From assembly GCA_000165425.1 (NCBI GenBank), contig CT868015.1, positions 62,001 to 126,000 of the forward strand: 64,000 bases of DNA, written 5' to 3'. The position numbers were made by a program, and so were the translations under genes. Below, piece by piece: positions 26,539 to 37,500 of the stretch. Position 1 is the stretch's first letter, and every line of letters starts with the position of its first letter. The notes beneath the pieces were generated by a model, which ran no database searches, was not told the DNA's origin, and saw only the letters and a program-made list of their open reading frames with translations. Origin of the DNA: Paramecium tetraurelia. Taxonomy: Eukaryota.

Positions 26539-27933
26539 ATGATAATTGAATTGGAGGATAAATTAACTGCTTCAATTCACTTATCAAATTTACAGGATCA
26601 AATCAATGGTGTTCTATAGAGTGATTTCTAACGCAAATTATTCTTTACGATCTGTAATAATGATAGAAATACAAATAGGCTTGGGACATATTATACATAT
26701 ATTTGATAGTTGTATTGCTATGTTTGTATATGATAGTCCATTAATACTGTTATTGTATTTTGTATGTTATACAATTGGTCAATTGGCAGCATTAAATAAA
26801 TAAGTAAATCGCTGTCACTTTTATTGTTCAATATTGCAAATTGTTCTGATTTGCATATTATATTTGGAGATGCATCAAAATACAATTGTTATAGTTGTTT
26901 TCATCATAAAATCGTTGATAAATGGATACATGAACCAAGTGCTATAGATGATAAGATTTCAGCTGGTTAAGATCTCTGTAAATGTAGGATACTTGATAAC
27001 CATAGTGTTCAGTCTTATTGGAATAGCATGTAAGACATTTGGATTTTCTGTTTTCCGCTTTATTTGTGTTGCTGAGATTTTCTTATTAATAATATTTTTG
27101 AAGCGAAGCTCTCGACTTCCTCCTTTAATGGAGCAATGTCTAGACAATGAATTTGATATTTATGTCAAATATATTGAAAAGTGTGCTGAGAATAAATCTA
27201 TACTAAGTTACGAAGAATAGTATGTCTATATTGATTAAATTATTAATTAGTAAGAATTCAAATGAGTAAATTTCAATTATTCAAACATTTTAAGTGAAAG
27301 TACACAGACCAACCATGAAAAAATTATTTACCAAATTGTCAAAGATCAATGAATAGATTTATAAATACTTCATTTGTTAAACCCTGTAAGGGTTGTTATT
27401 TTATAGGTAATTACAATTATAATCTTAATTTTAGTAATTTGACATACATCAAATATTTCAACTCAAACAACAGCAACATATATATAGATATTATGCTATT
27501 ATCCATTTTTGGAGCTTTTAGTAAACCTTTCTATCAATTCATGATCAGATTGTACACATAGAAACAAGTCTATCAAATTTCATGTAAATTTACAATATTT
27601 TAGAATCAATTTGCATTATTAGTTAATTGTTGAAGATGAGTTACATATATTACCAATCAGATTTGGTATTATTGATAGCTAGTTTGTTGCAAGCAGTCTT
27701 CCATTACAATATAACCACCGATATCAATTCAGTAACTTGGTCGATAATCTAAGGATTACCGAACGATGATTTTAGGATTATCTTAAGTGTGTCGACATCT
27801 TGGGGGAATGTTTATGGCCTATAGCATTTATGACTTTTTGCATGAAAAATTGTTGGAATTCTTGTTTGTCTAATTGATATTAGCCTAGGTTGTGTTGTGT
27901 TACTTTGGCTTTTAGACCAAAATTCAATTTTGA
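26539..27933 (+). CDS. Multi-pass membrane protein, divergent MFS-transporter-like
   Basis: Two blocks of hydrophobic helices separated by a hydrophilic loop. After the 22-nt intron GTAACTTGGTCGATAATCTAAG it reads DYRTMILGLSQVCRHLGGMFMAYSIY, similar to the MFS TM10-11 R...G.....R.GG motif. TGA 27931-27933. Confidence 0.55.
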
Positions 27934-28106
27934 TAATATTTCAATTATAAAAATAAATTTCAATCCAACTTTTAAGAGATTATTATAATAGTATTAGTTT
28001 TAAGATTTGAAAGTATCTCCAGAAGATTAATCTCAACCTATCTACAACGTTGGAATACTAAATTATAAGTGGACGACATTCAAAATCAAATAACATCAGA
28101 CTTTCA

Positions 28107-28502
28107 ATGGAAATTTAGCATATCGAAGTTTTTTACTATTAATTAATTAATCAAATGATTTACTTGATAAACTGACAGAAGACTACTAATAAAAAATTGA
28201 AAAATGCGAAGGAGAGACCTCAACACTTAGAAATTTTTATCATCTTAACATGTGTAGGAGCAACCAAAATAAACTTTCTATAAGCATATTTTAATTCGTA
28301 CGCCCGTATTTATAGATACAATTGGATTTATTTTTAATCTAAAATATATCGCACTCAAACCAACTTGTTATATTATCTGAATGAGGAAATTTCGCACTTT
28401 TAATTTGCATAAGACAGTATTTATTACTCAGAATAACTATTCTAAAAGATAAAATAAGATCAAATTCCAAACCAAAACAGAAAAGTAATTTCAATATATT
28501 GA
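28107..28502 (+). CDS. Hypothetical protein
   Basis: ATG 28107 (MEIQHIEVFTIINQSNDLLDKLTEDY...) to TGA near 28500. No recognisable motif. Confidence 0.3.
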
Positions 28503-28667
28503 TATCAAAAATTTTTTATAAATAAAAATTATTAAAATGATTATTTACTACCTTTTCAATTGAATTAATTACACAAGTATATAGTTAGATATTTAAGATA
28601 TAAAATTTTAAGTAAATTAACGCAGGACATTATAGATAAATATTTGTTAATCAACTTTTCTGCTTAA

Positions 28668-29354
28668 TCAGGAAGTTTGAGATGCCTACAATATACTTTC
28701 ATTTTTATGAAAATACTTGCTAAACGAAGATTCTCTACTTTTTAATAACCTTATGACACAGGTGTTTAATGATAACTATGGTAATCTCTAAAATTCTTCC
28801 AAACTCTTATTGCTTTCAACCCTTCTTTGACTCCAGTATTGTTATTCCTTCAACACAGGATCAGTTATTGTTTGTATTCCCATTCCGTGCAAATATTTCA
28901 CAATTTGTCTTTCCATCATACTAATATTTGAGTTTGAATATAAATCTATAGATCTGTTAAGCTCATCTTTAGTACACTTAGTTTCTTTATTACTTTTCAA
29001 ATTCAACAGTGACAAGCAGGTGCTTATACTATCCATCAAATTTAATTATTGAATAAATTTACTCTTATACTTGTTCTTCAATAGATGTCGAATATAGATA
29101 AAAAAACAAAATCTAAGCTAAAATCTGGAAAGAAATTTCCTTTGAAGAATTAGACTCAATAATTACATTATGAACTCATGCTAATCTATGGAATATATAA
29201 TTTGTATTAGATAAGTTCAGTTATGACTAGGAACGGCATACCCTGAACTTCGATTTTATGTATTGAATATGATTTTTTACAATTCTTTACTAATTTTAAA
29301 CCAAAACTAACCAGAAAGAATATATTCAATATATGAAATAAACTTGCCATCCAT
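28668..29354 (-). CDS. Hypothetical protein (start uncertain)
   Basis: Extends ORF-track 28842..29039 under code 6 to TGA at 28668. 5' exons are not firmly resolved. Confidence 0.35.
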
Positions 29355-29435
29355 CTCAAAATTTAGATATTAATGGGATTTTAATAATATATAAAATATT
29401 ATATATATATGATAATTATATTACATTTCAAACAA

Positions 29436-29867
29436 TCATTTATTTAATTCTTCAAGTAAATAGGCTATACTAAAATTATTCAAATTGGGTATTTCGACAT
29501 CAAAGAATTTTGTCATTAAAGTATTTAATTTGATGTCTTAGTCCTTCTACACATTCTCATTGAGTGGTTACGAGTATTGATCAACAAAAGGTTTTTAAAT
29601 TGAATCATCCCGGTTTTAATTATTTTAAATTTAATCCTGAATAGCTTAGGCCATCTATTATTTCTTTTCCTCTTCGTCTTAATATGAAGCCTTCCTTTAG
29701 GTATTTTATTTTGGTTGTACTGATAATTTAATCAATTGACTCTGATAATTTTCATTAATAAGAGATGATTATTTCTATGCTTAATTTACAAATTAATTCT
29801 TAGAATATTGATAAAAGGGTTATTGCTAATATTATTCAAAGGAATTTCTTAAATAATTGGTCTTCAT
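29436..29867 (-). CDS. Gln-rich hypothetical protein (143 aa)
   Basis: Intronless ATG(29867) to TGA(29436) frame MKTNYLRNSFEQYQQQPF...NFSIAYLLEELNK. Confidence 0.7.
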
Positions 29868-29895
29868 TTAATATATAATTTTTATATTATATAAT

Positions 29896-31224
29896 TCATA
29901 TATATTTATTATAGTTTTAACTATTGTACTATTGGGATTATGAGGTTAAAATTTTCATCTTGTCTTGGATGACTAAATTAGATTGCATTTGTGGCATTTG
30001 TGAACTCCTCAAAGAACTGGGGATATTGCTATAGTTAAATTATTCTTAATATAGTTTTTGATTAACGCTGCTTGTTTACTTCATTTGATCAACTTACTGA
30101 ATGGATCTATTGATTTAAGCCATAGTTTGATTGATTTAATCCTAAATAGAGTTAGTTTTGTTGATGTTAACCAAGGAGCTATAATTATTATCTAAGGAGG
30201 AATGCTAAGTTGATATTACTCTGCAAGTAGAAGAGGAGGAAGGAAGTGTTAGTTATTTTTATGATTACTACTATTTAATTAATTAGACTTATTCTTTTTG
30301 ATATTTTTCTAGTTGCTATTGCAATTGGTTTATTTGTGAATCCTTTTATGCAATGAGACTTTCCAATTATTCTATTTTCTTGTTCTTCTCTAAAATTTAT
30401 AAGTTAAGTTAACGATTCTTTTCTTCAAAGTTATCTTGCTTGTTAACCATTTGCTTGTTCTCTAACATGTCTTATAAAGCCTGAATTTCATTCTTGTATA
30501 ATAACAATTATTCTTTAGTTTCTAGTTTATATTGATTAAAATTCTTTCTCTCTTATTCCCTAACTCTGGTCTCTTCGGCTTCAAGTAGTTCTCTATGAAT
30601 TTGCTTCTCTTCCAAAAGTTCTTATTTTAATTACCCTAATTGCAATTTCAATTAATTGATCTCATCCTATTTGGATTATAGTTTTGACTAAGAAATGAAA
30701 TTTTTTTCGTCAGATTCAAACTTATTTTCATTTCTACCTAGTTCTGATTAATAAAATCGCTTGGATGGAAGACCTAATCAATTAATACGACTATTTACTT
30801 TCAGTTGACTTTATCTCCTATTAAGATTGGGTTTTAAGTAATTACACTATTTATTCCAGTTCTTAATTTCTCTATTGCAATTGCTGATTCTTTTATTGCA
30901 AATTTTAATACTTTTAAGCCCATTTTTCAATTTCTTTAGTTTATTCTTCAACTGTCTAAAATTTAAATTAGTTGTACCGTAATCAATTCTTCCATTTCCT
31001 ATGGATATTGGGGGTTGATTTCTAAGTATCAATTTAATTCTAGAGGATTTCAACTTCATTGGTTTTCTTCTTTAAAGCCTATGTAAGCCTTTCAACTTAT
31101 GTGGTAAGCAAGATGAGATTCTATAAATATTCCTAATAAGTACTTTATTGTATTGATTCTCAACATTCTCAAAGTTGGACACTTTTGAATTCTGCCCTTT
31201 TTATCTAAATGCGCTAGTCTCCAT
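29896..31224 (-). CDS. Coiled-coil protein with Q/P-rich tail; contains an apparent one-base frameshift near 31012
   Basis: METSAFRQKGQNSK..., 23-nt intron, NLILLTTQVERLTQALKKKTNEVEILQNQIDTQKSTP, then the coiled coil continues in another frame (QYPQEMEELITTVEEQTKEIEKWAQKY). TGA at 29896. Confidence 0.65.
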
Positions 31225-31856
31225 AAGGTATTAAATTTTAATATTATTAAATATAGATCAAAATTGTAAAAAGGATGCTAAAGTAGCAATTGATCTTTGG
31301 CTCGTTTATTGGGACATTCTTATGGACATTCTGGACAATATTTGCAAATATCAACCTCACCCTCATGAAAATACCTCCACTCCGCAACTTTTAGCTAACA
31401 TTTTTATTAACCCTATAAAGTGGGATTTAATTATTCCATAATTTAAAAAAATAAAATTCCTATTACTCAACATGTGAATTCATTCAGAGTACCCATTTAA
31501 ATTTTGAAAAATCTAATTAAGAACTCCTATCTACATCTTGTTACTTCTTATCTTAATTGTATCAACCAAATCTTTAAGATTTACTAGAAATTTCAGATTT
31601 TATAATATCCATGTGGTATTTTAATTTAAATTTTTATTGAATTGAACAATATTTCTATAGTAGAGTCTAGATTAAATAAAATGAAAATGAATTTAGAATT
31701 ATTTATTAATCCCAATTCAGAGTGATTATTTTAGTTGTTTAGAGATGGTTCATTATCTACTATATTTATAATCGGTCCTTCTATATGTGATTTCTAACAT
31801 CTTAGAATTGAAATTATAACTTTTGATAACTAATATAATTATAATTATCTGTTAGT

Positions 31857-34342
31857 ATGGAAAAAATTAGTGTGTGTTTAAGAGTAAGACCACTCAATTA
31901 AAAAGAAATTAATGACAACGAAATAATTGCTTGGGATGGAAGTGACTCAAAAATTTAACTAAATAAGATTTGTTTGAAGGACTTAATTGCTTAAAAAAAA
32001 GTAGTCAATAGTTTGATTTATGAATTCAATCATTGCTACGGACAACAAGCTGACAATTATTACTTGTTTTCAACGTCAGTCAAACAAGTAATTATGCAAT
32101 CTTTAGATGGAATCAATGGGACTGTCATTATGTATGGATAGACAGGGTCAGGCAAAACATTTACAATGTTGGGGAAGAGGAATCAGGAGATGTTACAAAA
32201 CAACAATAGCAACATTTAGTAATTAATCAAGGAAAGTTTTGCAAATAATCAATATAACGATGTTGGAATTTTGATATATTCGATGATGGAGCTATTTAAA
32301 CAGATTAATATAGTATAAGCTACTTCAATATCACTAGGATGAAAAGAGATAGTTCGAAATCAAATGTAGTTATTATGAAATCTACAATGAGTTTATTTAT
32401 GACCTCTTACGCGAAGAAAATGAGTTATCCGAACCACTCATTTTTGGAACTGATTATCGAAAGGTAAATATGGAAATAATTAAAATTAGGAATTTGTTAT
32501 CAAGAATATCAAGGAATACAATGTTACCTCTATTGAAGATGTGATTACATGCATTTCAAAGGGAGAAAAAAATAGACACTATGCAGAAACCATATTGAAT
32601 CATCAAAGTAGCAGAAGCCATACAATCTTCAAAGTACTCATAAGTGCTTATTCAAATGAATCTGAAGAAGAAGAAAACTTCACTTTTTCTACTGAAGCAT
32701 GCATCAATTTCATTGATTTGGCTGGAAGTGAAAAAATATCATCCTGTCCCATTTCAGATGATGTTACTAGAAATTCTAATAGAAAAGACAGAAACAAAGA
32801 AAGCTCTGCAATCAACAAGAGCTTGTTCTTTTTAACAAGAGTCATTGCATTAAAAACTTAGAAGGTTCCACCTCAGCACATTCCCTATCGCAATTCAACA
32901 TTAACCAAATTATTGAAGTAACTAATCTAATATTATAATATTCTATAGATCATCTCTCACAGGAAACTTCAAAACTTTAATCTTATTGAGTATAAATCCA
33001 GGATTGAGCCAGTATGATCAAACACAATCCACTCTAAGATTTGGTACGAGTGCAAAATTGGTTGAATCTAAAATTGAATAGAATGTCAATTTTGATGCTT
33101 CCTATTCGAACAATCAATAGAAATTAAATTAGTTGATTTAAAAAAATAAACAAAATGAAAAGACCATTTCTGATTAATAAAAGATTATTGATTCATTAAA
33201 ATAACAATTGCAAGCATCAAACTATTCAGAAATCTTAACTAATCTCAAATAATCAGAAGTTTAATTAGCTTCTAAGCCATCTGTAAGCTAATTTAATGAA
33301 ACTGATGTCTCCCTCCTAGAGAAAACTTAAGAATTGAATTCTCAATTACAACAAGAAATGGATAAGAACATACTTTTAGAGAAGAATTGCACAGAACTTC
33401 ATAAGAGATTGCAGAAATCTAATGAGCAAATTCTTACATATTTTAATTCTCATAAAGAGATGGAATAGTAAATAAAAGAATTAAGACTTCAAAATGAGAA
33501 ATACGAAAAATTGTCATAAAATGCCCTCAATAGACTTTCATGTTATGAAGGGTAGCCAAATTTCAAGAAATTTAGTTTAGATGAACTCTAAAACTTAGAA
33601 CATCAAATATAATAATGTTTATAGGAAATAAAAGTAATTTAAACAATTTTATTCATTTTTAGATAGAAAAATAAAGAAGAAATTCATTTTAATAGTTAAA
33701 TATCGATGCTATGCCCCTGTTTACTTAACCAACTGAAACTTTGAGATCTGATAGAAGCAGTGCTAGTTAAGATTTTCGTAGAATAGAGGAGTAATAAATA
33801 TCTTAAAAGTAGAGAAGACTCTGTGACTAAAAGTTAAAAGAAAACTCCCAAGAAAGACGGAAAATTATTGCAACCTAAAAAACAATAACAAAGTTATTTT
33901 AAGGCTACTTCTAATCGGTTGTCGACTCTGTCAAATTATGAAAATAAATCTCCTTTACTTAAAAAACCAAAAAATAGAGATGCATAGAATTTTGCCAAAA
34001 AAGTTCAAGATTAGAAAAGTACTTATGCAATATTATTTAGATTAAAAACCATCTTAAATTCAAAATGAATATAGAAGCAAATCTAATGATAGCCATTCAA
34101 AGCAGAAGGGAGCCTAATAACCATAGCAGGAGTAGAGTAAATTAAAAAATGACATATAATCATTGGCCGATCGATTATATTCATTATCTGAGAAGTTTTA
34201 GTTGAACAGAGATACGAAAGTGAGTTAAGTCAGAAAAAGCACAAATGTAAATAGGCCTGAGATCATTTATGAGACTGAATCGGAATTATTAGGAGACAGT
34301 AGATCGACTGTCCATAAGAGCAATCGATCGGCTATAAAATGA
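31857..34342 (+). CDS. Kinesin motor protein, N-terminal motor, kinesin-7/CENP-E-like
   Basis: KISVCLRVRPLN, P-loop YGQTGSGKTFTM, SYYEIYNE, NHQSSRSHTIF, FIDLAGSE, INKSL, HIPYRNSTLTKLL, then coiled coil. TGA 34340-34342. Confidence 0.95.
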
Positions 34343-34500
34343 GTTATTATAAATTCAATTCGAAAATCACTCTAAATATTAATTTAAGAATGAGGTTTGT
34401 TGTTAAGATTTTGGATGATTAACTTCTATATTATAATTTAAAATTTGGTTAGTTTGTAAACCTGAATTTATTGTTTAAAAAAATATATTATTTATAAGAA

Positions 34501-37500
34501 ATGCAGAAAATCAATGACAAAAAACAGCCTGAAGCGGCCAGGAGCTCCAAGAAGCGTTTCTCAATTTCCAGGGAAATAGCAAATAGAAAAATGAGCAACT
34601 CCAATTTATTCTCGTCAGAAGAGAGTAAAATAAGAATGCTTGGTAGCAGGCATTCAGTTTCATCAATCAAAAGCAAACAAAAACTTAACCTCTCTATGAA
34701 CAAAGATCTATCTAGAGGATCATCGTCATTCTCCAGCGATTCAGAATCAAATAAGGAACCTTAAGAATAATCAATAATTTTGAAGGATAATATCGGAATT
34801 ATATAATAGGGGCAATCGTCCTTTTATTAAGTATAGGATAAACTAATTTTGCCTAATATGTCATTCGAATAAGACTTTATAAATCCTTTGGATATATCTG
34901 ACGGAATTGAAAGATCGATTTTAAAAATCTAGTTTATTGATTTCGAACACAGATGGGGAATGAAACAAGATATAAATCTTCAGAAATAATGTGGAGGAGA
35001 TCAAATGCTTATGTCTTAAGCGAGTGAGGGTTTGTCTTCGCACAAGTCATTAAGAATGTCTCATCGAAGCAAGAAAGGGGCGTTTTAATCAAAGTTGCTA
35101 TTAATTCAAAACAAGGACAAATAACAGATAAGTGATAGTGAAGATGATGATTATACTGATGATTAGAAAGTGGATGATAAAATTGTAAAAAAATTTGAAA
35201 AGCTTTATGAAAGAAATCCATTTGAGGATCCTTATTATATTAAACTGTAGGAGCTACACGGTTTCGAAAGGTTGCACTATGAAATAAATGTATTATAAAT
35301 ACATAAATATTTAGGCTTATAATGATGATAAACGGTTTCTGAAATTAAGGAAAAAAATAGTATATTATTCTTTATTTATTCCAATCTTGTGCAAAAGGAT
35401 AATCAATAGTGTTTTATTTAAAATCATCATGTCCTTTCTAATTATTTTTAATGTTACCTTGTACATTTACTCATAAACTTAATAAGACCCATTGTCGACT
35501 AAAAATATGGAGAAAGGCATAATGGTTTGTTTCTTGATAGAGTTGGCAATTAGGATTATAGCTTCAGGAGTAATCATCCCAAAGGGAGCCTTTTTCAAGA
35601 ATTTTTAGGATATATTTGATTGCATTTTGGTTGTAGTTTACGTTTTAAATCTCAATTATCCTGACGTCTTTATTGTCGATATATCTCCCTTAAGAATGAT
35701 AACCTTACTTCTGTATTTAGGAGACATTTTCTAAGGATTGGGAGTGATGTTAAAAGCTCTGAAACAATCATTTAGATTTCTTTTAGAAGCATTAATGATA
35801 GTTGGATTATTTTCATTGTTTTTCGCTATAACTGGAGTGTTTATGTTTCAAGGGTTATTTAATTATAGATGTCAATTTGATAATGGGGATGAAACAGATG
35901 GTTGGATATAGTGCAATTAAAATTCATGTTTTGAGGAGGGGATGTCATGTTAATTTTCATCTTTCACTCCTAAACCTCCAACCTCCTTCAATAATGTAGT
36001 TTATTCCTACGGACAGGTCTTGAGAACGATAACGATGGATGATTGGAGTTGGGTTATGTTTTTTACGATGAGAATCTATCATCCCTGGACTTGGCTATAT
36101 TATTTATTTATTATTTTTGTTTGTGGTTTCTTTGGGTTCAACTTGGTTATTGCAGTTATTAAAATTCATTATGCTGAAGCGGCAGAGGAGAATGCAAAGG
36201 AGGAAGAGATGAGATAAATTTAGTAGAAGATTAAGGAGAACAGAGAATTGCCAGAAAGGGATATTATTAATGTATTTGATGTTGCATTTTTACGATACAT
36301 TAAGTTTTTTCCTGTTATTCAAAGATATAGATTGGCTTTGAAATCTTCTTATCGATCCATTAAGTTGGAAGATAATCTAAATGAGAAAGGAAATTCAAGT
36401 AAAACAAGAATACTGTCAGCAAAATAAAAAAAGAATGATGACTACAATTCACAAGTAAGAATATTATCATTTTATTTAGTTAGGATTTTTAAAGAGAATT
36501 TTTTAGAGAATCTAGAATTTTACCATAAAAAACATTCTTCTCCCAAAATTTTATATTTTGAACGAAAAACAAAATAATATTCATATTAGAAAATACACTG
36601 AAGATGAAATCGAGTTATAAATATTGGAGAGATTGAAGTCTTTTTAGTTCTCGCAATTGCAATCTTGTGTCAATTAACAAATTCAATAAAGCTTCGAAAG
36701 TGAAGTTGATGTCTTACCAACTCTGAAGTAATTGCATCGTATACATAAATAGTTTACCAGATTGTGAGAAAAACGAGATAGAGAAAGAAATCCTTAACAT
36801 GAGAAGCTTAAAAATACCAGTCGTTTATCCAGATATCAAATAAAAAAAGTTTGAATAAATTTAACATGATCATAAAAAACTGAGTAAATTTCCAGTAAGA
36901 GGAGTAAAAAGAATCATTATTAACTAAACTGAAGATGAATAAAATGAAACTAATAATTCATTAGATCAAAACAACTTTATTTAATAAAAGCAAAGCATTA
37001 CACAAACCCAAAAACTCAAGACTTCCTAAGGAGAGAACAATATTCCATTTGCCATAAAAAAACAAAATTAAAATTATGTCTATATCCAAGGATATTACTT
37101 AAATTATGAAGGAGTTTCTACAAAAATTAAGGCCAAGATTCAGAAGAATAAAAATTCTCAATCTTCCAATGAATTTCAATATAGATTACTGAGAAGAAAA
37201 GATATTCAATAGAATCAAATTTCAAAAAAGACTTGGTCTGGAAATGATGTTTTAAAATTAAATGAATCAAGATTGTTTAATTTTAGAGATGCATTAAAAA
37301 GACTCAATTTTATTGATATCTAAATTTGGATGCTTGGATTTTAAGGTAAAGTTGAAACGCTGCGTAAATATTCTTACCTCCTAATTACGTCTTAAATAAG
37401 CTAATTGTTTTTCGATCTTATTATCTTGATCAATTTTACATTCCTCTCACTGTAAGGAATAGCTGATTCAGTCACAATATCGAATGAAGAGGATGTTTCA

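Noticed and set aside
27730..27755. Apparent frameshift in the MFS-like gene
   Set aside because: Explained by the 22-nt intron GTAACTTGGTCGATAATCTAAG.
30847..31059. ORF-track protein MKLKSSRIKLILRNQPP
   Set aside because: Wrong-frame read of the coiled-coil gene. It depends on retaining introns and does not bridge the frameshift.
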